Positions 23,034-37,004 of a DNA stretch of 45,097 nt are shown one piece after another (the stretch's first letter is position 1; every line of letters begins with the position of its first letter). The translations under genes and the position numbers were made by a program. Under the pieces are notes generated by a model. That model was not told the DNA's origin and did no database searches. It worked only from the letters and a program-made list of their open reading frames with translations. The DNA comes from Macrostomum lignano (lineage: Eukaryota): assembly GCA_002269645.1 (NCBI GenBank), contig NIVC01004457.1, forward strand, positions 1 through 45,097. Reading direction: 5' to 3'.

Positions 23034-24587
23034 AGAGGTAACAGGTGGCTGACTGTCAAGTGCCTAAGCTTCTAGTGATGCCATTTCATAACAGAAGGAA
23101 AGTTCACACTGCGAATTCAAAGAAACGCGTTGGAATGTCTCGTAGCTCGTTGGTGTTGCAATTCACAAATTTGATGGACTTTAGCCGCAGGACAGAAGCA
23201 GTAGTGTTAGTGTTTTAGAACATTTTCCTGTGCAATAAGTGTCAAATACTCATATTCCATGTCAAATGTAATAGTGTTTGCTTATTTTAAACAAGATCTT
23301 GCTCTTGTACTGTTTTGCCATTGCACCTTGATCCGAATTGACCCGATGGCTTAGCATGCACATGCACTATTCATCAGCTCATGCATCTCTACAGGTGCTT
23401 TGGAGGACAGATTCTATTGTAAACTAGCCATAATTACGCTCGTTGTTACTTACCATCATTCGGTGGATGAGAGCACTGCCGCATCTTGGCTGAATTTTGC
23501 GTACTGTTTTATTGAAACGAATTCTGACGGCGTGATGCGTGTTTGCTCATTCTGTCATATTCATCCTCCGCAGATGCAGCTATATTTCGCATGCGGCACC
23601 AATAGATTTGTGATGAAGCGTCAGACGGACATGAAAACTTCAGTTATGAGCACAATTTCGTATAAAGATTCCCTATGACTCACAATTTACCGTACGGATA
23701 TATTTTACACATAATGCAATTGCGTTTCCGAGACTGTCAGATGCATTAGAAATTACATTTTTGCCAATCAGTTCATGTTCCAATGTGCTGTGATTAGTTT
23801 TGTTACAAATAAGTAGCCGAATTAATTAATCTATAAAAGCTACAAATTCCCATGTAGGTTAAAGCATTGTAAGAGCGAAAATGACATTCCATCACTATAA
23901 TCTATCTAATACTTGTATATCTAATATATAGTCTTTATTATGTTTCTTCTTACTAGCTCTTATTATTTCAATACCTCGTGACTGAGGTGTGTCAATGTTT
24001 TCGCTTCAATTTTTCCAGCAAATGCCTATCGTAATGAATGCGACGAAGATTCAGATAGATTTAACTTCTTAAATTTAATTTGCGTTGAAAATTGAGTCCT
24101 GGTAGTAAGCGGCAGTCTTCGTGGCTGAGAGGCCGTGCTCTTAGAGCTACTGACTTGTGCAAGATTCATTTAGCTTGCACTATAAATGTAAAGCTTACTT
24201 CCCTACGACTGCTTATAAAATCAAGAAAATTAGCCTATCAGGTAAGCCAGATAAAGCTGCATGTACGCGCGTTACTCACTTGTAACTCTACAGCCGCGAG
24301 ATAACGAGAAAACCTACTTATAATGTACACCCGTAACAAAAAATTACCTGCTTTAAAAGTACTCGCATATTCTTCTAGCCAATAGGCATTACTCGTCAAG
24401 GAAATACTGGATGACTCGAAAAAGATGCAGGAGCGTGTGGACTACTAGACGTAGTCGAAGACGTAGACGCTACTCTTGCAATTTCATTTTGATGCTAAAG
24501 ATCAACCTCTTCTTATTTTTGGGCAGACATCGCCCTTCACTTAAAGAATTATAGCGTCTTTCTAGACGTATGTCACTTAAATCGTAT

Positions 24588-25053
24588 GACGGCCGGTATA
24601 TATGGTCTAAGACGGCCGATGTATGTAGTCCAAGAGGGCCGATGTCTATGGTCTAAGACGGCCGATGTATGTAGCCTAAGAGGGCCGATGTCTATGGTCT
24701 AAGACGGCCGATGTATGTAGTCTAAGAGAGCCGATGTCTATGGTCTAAGACGGACGATGTATGTAGCCTAAGAGGGCCGATGTCTATGGTCTAAGACGGC
24801 CGATGTATGTATTCTAAGAGAGCCGATGTCTATGGTCTAAGACGGACGATGTATGTAGTCTAAGAGGGCCGATGTTATGGTCTAAGACGGCCGATGTCTA
24901 TGGTCTAAGACGGACGATGTATGTAGTCTAAGAAGGCCGATGTCTATGGTCTAAGACGGCCGATGTTTGTAATCTAAGACGGCCGATGTCTATAGTCAAG
25001 ACGGCCGATGTCTATGGTCTAAGACGACCGATGTCTATGGTAGAAGACGGCCG
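24588..25053. repeat. 23-bp minisatellite with alternating dimeric (46-bp) higher-order structure
   Basis: Units GCCGATGTCTATGGTCTAAGACG and GCCGATGTATGTAGYCTAAGAGG alternate. Confidence 0.97.
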
Positions 25054-25787
25054 GGGGTCGGACACTGATTCAACTTGAAGCTTAACTCAGTGACTCAGCT
25101 CGCAACGTTTCAAAAACCTTCAGAGCGAAAAATGAAATCCGAGCGTCTTTAACGCCTTGTAGGCCCTAAACGGTTTGACATGTAAACAAATGAATTTCAT
25201 GCACTATACAACAAGACGGGACTTGATAAAACTAACATTTTTTACTTTCCTAAATTAAACCCTATAATGTATCGTGCTTTTCCTTTACAGATTGAGCCAT
25301 ACCTCAGCTAGGAAACTCTACAAATAGGTCGATCTGTTGCACTTCCTGCCCACGGATATCTTTTTTATAGAAAAAGTTTCGCGACATTCGCTTCCTAATA
25401 TCGAATTATCCATTAGCAGAAAGAGGAATCTTTCAGCTGCCTTTCTGCCTGCCCTATCTCTTTGAGTGTAGGGTGAACACGAATTGTCCACCCTACAATC
25501 CGTGCTCATTCTGAGTTCTATGGTTCTGTAGGGTGTAGAGAGCGTCTAGTCCAGTTTTACACAATTAATTTATGAGGACCCGAGACAGGGTCAGAGCAGG
25601 ACATCTCAGTTTACTAGTGTGCTACATTGAGAAGTTATCGCTCCTATTCTATAGGTTTTTCCTGGTCAAGTAGTCAACACAGATTGCTTCCATGTCAAGG
25701 CTTCATGAAGAGAATTACTGAAATGCTGGGGCTGCTGGGGAGAATTTCTGAGACGTCAAGGTTCATTAGAAAAATTGCTGAGATATC

Positions 25788-25974
25788 TGTCATGACTTAT
25801 GGGGTGGGGCCGCGCGGTAGGGGTGAAGCTTGTTTAGTAAGCCTTGTGAGCAGTACGTACGGTATGTACATGCGCGGGCCACCGTGCCCCTTGGCCTATA
25901 AAATATACAGAGCGTGGAGGGTTTTGCCTCAAGTGAGTTACTCCAAAATAAGCGATTGACTTGACTTCATTACA
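25788..25974 (+). mobile_element. 187-bp solo LTR
   Basis: TGTCATGA...TCATTACA termini, 5-bp TSD ATATC on both sides, internal TATAAAA and AATAAG. It interrupts a degenerate GCTGAGATGTCAAGG repeat tract. Confidence 0.85.
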
Positions 25975-26742
25975 ATATCAACAATGGAGTTGCTGAGATG
26001 TCAAGGCTCATGAGGGGATTGCTGAAATGCTGTGGCTCATGGAGGGGGTTGCTGAGATGCCAAGGGTCAATTGGAAGCTGTTGGTAGGCCAAGCCGAAGG
26101 TAGATCAAAGAGGAGTTAGGATTAAGCCATGGCATAAAAGGGAAGCTTTGATGCCAAAGCTCACAGGGGATGCTAATATCTTAGGCTGGATAGCTGACTT
26201 TCAGGGCTCATGACTTTTACATTAAGCATCATTTTACTTCGAATACTAACAATGGAGGCTTTTCCCCTCCTTTTTCGCTCTGGCCTGGCGCGGAAGCGGT
26301 TAGCTTCCTCGTCTTGGTCTGCTGGTGGAGGACGGATCCCCCCTGCTGCTTTTTTGCAGGGCAGGTGGCTGCTAAGTAGTTGGCTGCTGGCTAAGCGCCA
26401 ACTACCCATCGACAGCCCATAGTTGCAACTGGTACCACACGGGTTCTCGAGGGCCGCTCCTGTAGGGGAGGGCTCGGGCGTCGGCTGTCAACCCGACCTG
26501 GCGCTTGTGTCCCAAGCCCGCAGCCGGCCTCCCGCCCCCTGATCTTGCAGAGTGTGGACCGGGGGCCTGCCGGAGCCTCGCCTGGGAGCAATCCTGGGAA
26601 AAGACGGCAACCCAAAGCTTCTCTGCTGTTTACCGTGGCAGAGGGTAGCTCCACGGAGCTGGCTGGGGGTATATCCAGTCCCCGAGCGGTTACCCTCCCC
26701 TATTTTTCTACATTTCAGTTTTTCCATTTCAGCCTACTCTGC

Positions 26743-29441
<2,699 letters not shown>

Positions 29442-29897
29442 GTATTAAACTCACAAGAGACTGTACATTTACGAGCTATATTGTCTAATTTGTGTAAAAT
29501 AGGGTTAAAAAACTAATTGTTGTCCTGCTGAATGCTACTTGACGCAATATTATCAGCGCTTCAAATTTATTCAGCAGATAATTTCAGCAATCATAGAATA
29601 TAGAAGAGAGCAGGGTAAACGTTAAGGATATTCAGGTTATCAAAAACCGAAAGACATTGACACATCTCAAATAGCTTTTTTCTGACACGAATTATTGTAG
29701 CTAGTTTTAGTGCCACCACCACAAAAATAATTCTGTAGCGAAACTCCACTGTTCATGAACATGTACTTTTTTATTATGACAGTAACATCTAAAATTACTC
29801 AAAAAGATTCGGCACATGAAATCCGTGTCAGCTATTTGGACCCGCTAAATACTAACCTAATAGGAATGGAAAGAATCACACTATAACACAATAGTGC

Positions 29898-30058
29898 GGC
29901 TGTCCCAACAATGCTATCATAGCCAGTGTGGATAGGGCTGTCCCAACAATTCCATCATAGCCAGTGTGGATAGGGCTGTCCCAACAATTCCATCATAGCC
30001 AGTGTGGATAGGGCTGTCCCAACAATTCCATCATAGCCAGTGTGGATAGGGCTGTCCC
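29898..30058. repeat. 38-bp tandem repeat (~4.2 units)
   Basis: Unit GGCTGTCCCAACAATTCCATCATAGCCAGTGTGGATAG. Confidence 0.97.
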
Positions 30059-30229
30059 GAAAATTACACTAACACCATATTCATCAAGCGAAGTTTGAAC
30101 TCTCCAAACATGCTAATATAATTCACTACTGTGTTGAAAGCACACTCTAGAGCTCTACCGAGTTCATTGCACAGGTTCAAATTATAGACAGGTTGCAAAA
30201 AAATTGCGTCCACTGAGTAACACATTGTT

Positions 30230-30950
30230 GAGGCACACAGCAGTTAACTGACTTCACGATTCTGAAACTTTAAAAAACCAGCTCCACAGGACGAATCAAA
30301 GGACTGGCTGCAGCCTGCCTGCGTGGGAAGTGTCTGTTGCTGCTCCTGAGCAGCTAGTAAACAAGATGTGGCTAATGCGTCCGCGATATCGGAATGCTCG
30401 CTGTTAATTGTTGATGTAGGTCTTCTCTTTAAGGCATGCCACTTAGCGGCTGAACCTGTGCGTACAAAGGAAAAAGGAAAACAGAAATCTATGTCGATGT
30501 CCTAATAAATTCTTCATTGCAAATGAAATTATGGTGTGTAACTAAAATGTGAGCGTGTAGTTTGTCCCAACAGTGCCGTCTATTTAGTCATTCAGATGAA
30601 CTTTACATCTCACTGTCCCAATAGCCCTGCACAAATTCACTCTCTCACTCTAGCTGTCTGCAGACTTGTTTGTTCCAATAAGCCCCTAGAAAGCAAAACA
30701 CATTCCGATTCAGTTCCAGTTATGGATGTGCAAGTTTCTGAGATTCTTTTTTTTGCCATCTTCCCAACCAAATCTTCCATAGAGAGCATTTTTGCTGCTG
30801 GCTTTACTCTGTTTGTCTTTGCAATATGCTCTTCGCGGTCTAGAACATTCTCATTTTTCATATTGTCCGAATAGAATAATTTAAAATTGGCCAAGCGCTC
30901 AATAAGTATTGTTTTTGGCTCCGCGCATGGCTGTGGCGCTGCAGCGATTT
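30230..30950 (-). other. Possible exons of an unidentified gene
   Basis: Strong polypyrimidine acceptor (minus strand TTTTCCTTTTTCCTTTGTACGCACAG, ~30460) followed by an open frame of ~70 codons, plus an 85-aa ORF at 30637-30894. The phases could not be reconciled. Confidence 0.25.
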
Positions 30951-31860
30951 GGATGTGCCCAAAATGCTACTTGCGAAACCGATGTCAATTTCATTCAATA
31001 AACAACTATTTTGCTTCTCGTAGTGGGCTGCTTCTAAATTTTTACCATGCACAAAAATATCCACATATACATGTAATATGACTTACTTGACAATAAAGGC
31101 AATTCGCTTGATAGAAGAAAACGATTGCTGAGCAAATTTACATGTACATATATCTGGAATTGTAAAAATACATTTTAAGCTTGATTAGTTAAGTTTAGTT
31201 AAGTTAAGTTTATGAATCCTAAAAAGGATCTTTAAATTCAACTTACATATTTGTAATGGTTCCTACGCTCGTATAGCCAAGTTTCCATGGAAAGAGGTCA
31301 TGGAACTCTTGTGCCTTGGGCACATTTCGCCTGTGTAGGGCAGGCCTCGTAAATTAACTACATTCTTTTACCATATGCAGGATGCTGTTTGCCAAAGCGA
31401 ACTTCTACCATTCTATTAAGATTTCGGGCCCGTTCTATAAAGCCATTGTAAGATAAGATCGTTCTTAGCTCCTATGGGCCCGTTCTATAAAGCTTGCGTA
31501 TCCTTAAGTTCGAACTTACGTTCGTGCCGTGTCGTAAAATGTTCGGTGAAACCATCGTATCTTAAGACCGTTCTTAGATTTAAGAAGCTTCTTAAGTCAT
31601 CGGGCACGCGTAAATTTGCGTTCGGTGAAACTTTCGTAAGTCACTTCGGCTTCTTAAGTTCCGCCGTAAATCTAAGACAGGTCGGACCTGTCGTAAGTCA
31701 CTCTTTAGTTGTGAAAATGCACAGCGCCGACTTCATTCAGACAAAAAAATTGCATTTAAGTTTAAAGCATGTAAGTTTAAAGACTGAAAAAATCAAACAA
31801 TAGCGAAATTTGTTAATTTGAAGTTTGAGTAGCAAGAAACACAAATTTTGTTTAAGTAAG

Positions 31861-32973
31861 TCACGGTGGGAGTAGCTCAATGATCCGCTGCCTTTCTGCT
31901 CGACCAGCAGCGGTGTCTTCAGCCAGTGCGGCTTCATTTTCAGCAGTTGCTTCCATGGCTAGCGGCTGATGTTCAGGTGGAAGTGGAACGGCTCTGGCCA
32001 CGGCGAAATTGTGGAGCACGCAGCATGCAACAATGATGTTGCACACTTTACTCGGATTGAATTGTAAAGCTCCTCCGCTGTGATCGAGGCATCGAAATCT
32101 TGCTTTCAAAACACCAAAAGCCCTCTCGATTGTTACGCGCGTTTTGCTTAGTCGCCGGTTGAAATTTTGCTCGGAATTTGTTTGTGGATCCCTAAATGGC
32201 GTCATCAGAAACGGTCGGAGTGGGTAGCCCGCATCTCCAACCAAGAAGCCAGCGACCTTCCCATCCGCGAGGAGATCTTTCAGTGCAGATTGTTGAAAAA
32301 TGAAGGAGTCGTGGCTACTGCCAGGCCAACGTGCGACAACGTTTGTAAATGCGAGATTGGCACTACATACGGCCTGAACATTAATCGAGTGAAATCCTTT
32401 TCGATTAATGAAGATTCCACCGTCATCGGTAGGGCGCCGGATGCGGATGTGCGTGCAGTCTATGGCTCCGAGCACCTGAGGCATTCCGGCAATTTAAAAA
32501 AATGCACGTGCTGATGCTGCTGCTGCTTGCTGATTGCTTGGAAACGAAATGCAAATGGGTGCCATGTCCTGAAGTAGCAGGCAACCTCCAGTCACAACTC
32601 CGGACACCGTGACGCAGCTACAGTTGAAAACGTCCCCAATGACTTTGAGAAAGCTGCCTGTTGCAAAAAATCGGAGGGCAAGGCAAACCTGCAGTTCGAC
32701 GGAAATAGCTCTGTTGCGACGCGTCTGACGTTGTAGTTGCGGCCGCAGCAACTCAATGAGCTCCAGCAAAAGTTGACGTGGCAGCCGGTACCGCTCGAAA
32801 ATTTCCCGATTACTGAAGTCGAGAGGGTCAAGTCTGTCTCGAAACCTTCTCTCAGTTCTCAAAGCATGCTGAGCGAATGCGATGTCCAAAAAATTCATTC
32901 TCGGATCTGACTTTGGCAATTGCAAGTGAGTTAGCAATCCGATGGGGAATTTCAGCGCTAAGTTCTTGAACAT
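31861..32973 (-). pseudogene. Harbinger DDE transposase (~370 aa) with a single in-frame TAA at 32494-32496
   Basis: ELQVCLALRFFATGSF, GAIDCTHI, VVARWPGSSHDS, LVGDAGYP, and RVTIERAFGVLKARFRCL. The two ORFs share one frame. Confidence 0.93.
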
Positions 32974-33290
32974 AGTTGCTTCAAATAGATAATTAGATAA
33001 TAGATTTTATTGGTTAATTAAGTAAGTTTTAAGAGGGCCCGGGGCTGGTGTCAAACCACTCTAATTATCCTTAACTTTATGTCCCCTATACTGTGTGACT
33101 GGCTGACCGTCTTATCAGGCCGACCTGATAATTGCTCCTCAAATATACGTTCGCATCACATAATTGATTTTGCCGTCGAAGGGTTGCAAACAGCCTTGAC
33201 CAATCGACATTTAAGTAGAGTGGCAATTACGCTCGTATAGCTCGTATAACAGCATAAAGAGAAGCTGATACGGTCGAAAGTGCCAAATAA

Positions 33291-34083
33291 TTGGAATGCA
33301 ATGAATTCTTACGCAGCACAAAAACGCGCGGCGAACTGGTCAACGGCGGAACTGGAGACGCTGCAAGAAGCAACGACCGAACGGAAAAGTTACCTGGAGA
33401 GCCCCAAGCGAATTTTCGCAAGAAACGCGGATGGCAGCAAATTGCCGATATCGTGAATGCAGTCGGTGGACAAGGACGTTCTGGAGAGAACTGCCGAAAG
33501 CGGTGGTCCGACTTCAAGAGTCAACTGAAGCACAAAGTAGCCAGCATCCGCAAGGAGCAAGCTAAGACGGGAGGCGGTCCATCGCAGGCCCCACAGCTGT
33601 CGAGTTTAGAGGAGAAGGCGGCGCAGTCCATCCGAAAACAGGTCGTGGAAGGCGTGCCACGTGGTGTTGACACGCTGCAGCTGCCTAAATCCAATAGTGC
33701 AGCATCAAGCTTGGCGGCCAAGTACATTGATATCGCAAGTGCGCCTGCTGATGAATTTTCCGAAGCTGTTGGCAGAAGCACATCGCCTGAGTACGAGACA
33801 GCTGACGACGAAAAAAGTGAAGAGTCTGTTGCTAACCCCGCTGCCAAGAACACGAAGCGTCAGCGAAAGCAGAGCAAACTTGGGCTGATCGAAAGCTTAG
33901 AAATAAAACGTCTTCGGGTGGAGGAAGCTCGATTGGAAGTTGAAAACGACAGATTGTTTGTCGAGAGAGAGAGAGGCTGAAGATCGAGACGGAACGTCTA
34001 CGCGTTGAGCAGGAAAGACTGACGATAGAAAATAAAAATCGAGGCAATGAGAGCAGTCAACAGCTTAATTTTAATGACATGTG
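33291..34083 (+). pseudogene. Harbinger Myb/SANT-like DNA-binding protein; frameshift in a (GA)n run near 33965-33976
   Basis: KKRGWQQIADIVNAVGGQGRSGENCRKRWSDFK and KTGGGP. The coiled-coil tail continues as ERLKIETERLRVEQERL in another frame. Confidence 0.88.
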
Positions 34084-35743
34084 ATGCGTCAAAATGGCAC
34101 TAGGAACGTAATTAAGGAATTCTCTAGGCCTTATTTGTATATGCGAATGAATAAGGCACCCTTGTTTGAATGTTTTTTAATGTGCCTAAATACAACAGTG
34201 GAATCGACCTGTGTCAAAATGGTCATAGCTCATATTGCTTGTAATGGTAATGGATAAATGAGCTTAATTTTGTCTTACTTTAATTTAAGAGTGCAACGTG
34301 TTTTTTACGAGCTAAGTTCCAATTACGGTAAAATCAGTTCCAAAAAGACCACTGGCAGAGGAAAAAGTCAGGCATGAATTCTTAAGTTTGATCGCAGCTA
34401 CTGCGTAAGTTATGACGCATCTGCGAAAGTTTCACCGAACGCACTTAAGAACGTTCTGAGACGGTTCTCAACTCTCGTGCGTAAGTTGGATCGTACGACA
34501 GAACTTACGAAAGTTTTATAGAACGGGCCCTATGTCCGCAGTGTAGAAGTTCCGACGTACGATCAAACTTATGCTACGACAGCTTTATAGTACGACCCCT
34601 TTGTATGCCTCTCGTAGGCTCCAATCTTAGCTCTACCTCCTCCGTAGGCCTCCGCCTCAGTGTTAAGGTGAAACTCCACCCCCTTGCGCCCGCCTCTCCT
34701 CCTCCGCGCGCTTCCCCTCCGCCTGGATAGGAATGTACACAATTGGCCCGGGGGGAAGGAATTTCTTGGGTCTTGTACACGCTTGTCCTAATACTTCTGA
34801 ATATATGCACACGGGTTTTATCTTTACGATCGAATGAGAAAGAACTGTTTTCCAGAGAGGGCTGTACAACTTTAAGTGGTCTAAGATACTATGTTGGAGG
34901 GTAATAGACTAACGCGACAATCTGGTTCTGTTAAGAGTACTCGTGCGCTAGTTAGTTTATGGCCAACAAATCGCCTTTGACCTTACAGTGACAGGCTAAA
35001 ATGAGCTAGCAGTCCATGCAGTGATCTAAGTCTCATTGTTTCTCAGTACATCAAATCACTATACCAAATAATAACTCTATGGAATATTTTGCAAATATGC
35101 TCGTAATACGAGCGTATAGCTAACCACAAACTCAGGCCAATTAAGAAGCCTTAGAGAACACGCTTCCTTTTAGTAACGTGGAATAACGTACTTTAACTAC
35201 TATATAATAAAATCAACGATACTTGTTGGGGGAAAGCAAAGTTTTTCTTTGTCTTGCTAACACATTTCATATTTGAAAATAGGATTTTGAATCTTTATAG
35301 AATTATTTTTTATATCCGAAATTCAGAAAATACGCTGTCAAATACCATTGGATCCTTAGAGCGTCGATTAGCAGCTCTGTGGTGTACATACTTTGTTACT
35401 TTTACTAGAACTTCCACTATAATTGTAAGAAACATTGTAAAAGAGCGTGAATTCCTATTGTGACCCAATAGTTATGTTGGGTCAAAAGAAAATTTTCGCA
35501 TAATTTTTTACCCTCTTGGGACGCTACAAATCATTACATAGCTCGTGTTTGATTTAAAATATGAAAAAATGACCTTGATTTTTGAAAAGAGAATTGAAAG
35601 ACGGTTCCAATGAATATTTTTTCATTTCTAAGGCTTTCATTTTTTGGTGTGTTGGGACGCACTTGTTGGGCCTGGCCCAACACTTTTTTGGTCCTAATAG
35701 CACGGGTCACTTTATACACGCACACACACACACACACTGATTT

Positions 35744-35786
35744 TTGGCCTGACGAAGAGAACGGAGGCTTGAAACCGGTAGACTAT
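35744..35786 (+). ncRNA. Degenerate minimal type I hammerhead ribozyme motif of Penelope-like elements
   Basis: CTGACGA (35749-35755), GAAA (35771-35774), palindromic stem III ACCGGT, and GUA cleavage triplet. Stems I and II contain mismatches. Confidence 0.55.
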
Positions 35787-35817
35787 ATTCGAAAAAAATT
35801 TTTAACACGCCGTGACC

Positions 35818-35818
35818 T

Positions 35819-35893
<75 letters not shown>
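35818..35893. repeat. (CT)n microsatellite; a short (CA)n lies at 35721-35737
   Basis: Directly visible. Confidence 0.98.
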
Positions 35894-35904
35894 ACCTCTT
35901 TCCC

Positions 35905-36016
35905 CACCTCTGTAGACGCTCATAGAGCTGTTGTTCACGACCAGCTTGTGAAAGACCTCTCGCTGAGCTAGCTCTGGTTTGAGCTGTTTGGTTGTAAAAT
36001 TGCATGCGCTTTCCAT
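35905..36016 (-). pseudogene. SAP-domain ORF start (frameshifted, truncated), probably retroelement-derived
   Basis: MESACNFTTKQLKPELAQR / GLSQAGREQQLYERLQRW matches the SAP pattern LTVxQLKxELxxRGLxxxGxKxxLxERL across one frameshift. Confidence 0.6.
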
Positions 36017-36254
36017 GACGAGCGAGCGACGTGGCGCAGAGGGCGGCGCGCAGATGAATAAGCTGGTGAGCAAACCCCCCACCCCACGTAGGGGTACAGA
36101 GGACAGCGCACAAAAGCGCACAATGTACAGCGCGAGGAGGGGTGGATGGCTAACACCCATTTCACTCCAGGCTCACAAAGGAGCCCTAAGAGAAATGGAG
36201 GCATTGGCTCGGATATGAATACATACAAGTCTATATAAATTCGTCTCCCTTTGG

Positions 36255-36346
36255 CGCCCCAGACACTCATTTTGCGCCTCAGACACACATTTTTGCGCCT
36301 CAGACACATATTTTTGCGCCTCAGACACTCATTTTGGCGCCTCAGG
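36255..36346. repeat. Short tandem repeat of TTTTGCGCCTCAGACAC-like units (~21-22 bp, 4-5 copies)
   Basis: Directly visible. Confidence 0.9.
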
Positions 36347-37004
36347 CATTCAGGCAATTAAGGTAGGGCGGAGGGACAAAGCATTGGCATTTCCCCCTTG
36401 GTGGCGACGTGTCTGTTATTTTTTATGCGTAAAAGACGGAAATGCATAACATGGATGGGTGTACATACACTCAGCAACATGTTAGTTTCCACCCCAGTGT
36501 TGTCAACAAGTAGGCAGCTTTAACCCAACTCTAGCCATCACTCTCCACTCCTCACCAGCCTAAGCTGGGGCCTTGTCCGCGAATTGCATCACCCGACAGT
36601 TAAAACGAGAACCGCTGGGTGTTGCGAATTGCGTCACTCGGGGCTGAGATCTGGGAAAAATTGGCCACTGGTTTTTTAGAGTGGAAACTTTGGAGTGGAA
36701 ATGCAATGCTCTTTGCTATCTCATCTAGCTTATTAGTGATAAACGGCCGTTTGGGATAGCAATCGGCCGATAGCCGATCGGCAGGGCAGAGACAGGGCTT
36801 GGTGAGGCTCACTATGCAATCGACTGACGGATGCTTTACACGAACTTTATACCGCCTCCATTTCAGGCGTCTGAGCGTAGCCGAGAACAAGCTGCTCCCC
36901 CCAGCCAACTCAGACTGTGTGAGCACAGAAAAAAGCGATAATTGAACAGAGCGTTGGAATCGAGCCCAAGGGCTGCCTAAAGACCAGACAAAAGAGGCAG
37001 CTCG

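Larger units (their letters stand above)
31476..34530. mobile_element. PIF/Harbinger DNA transposon, 3055 bp
   Basis: 16-bp TIR GGGCCCGTTCTATAAA, 3-bp TSD TAT/TAT, shared subterminal GCGTTCGGTGAAACTTTCG in inverted orientation, and divergent transposase and Myb/SANT genes. Confidence 0.95.
31426..34599. mobile_element. ~115-bp Harbinger-type MITE split in two (31426-31475 and 34534-34599) by the autonomous element
   Basis: Left end GGGCCCGTTCTATAAAG. Right end reverse complement GGGGTCGTACTATAAAG (14/17). Inner sequences also show inverted similarity. Confidence 0.7.
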
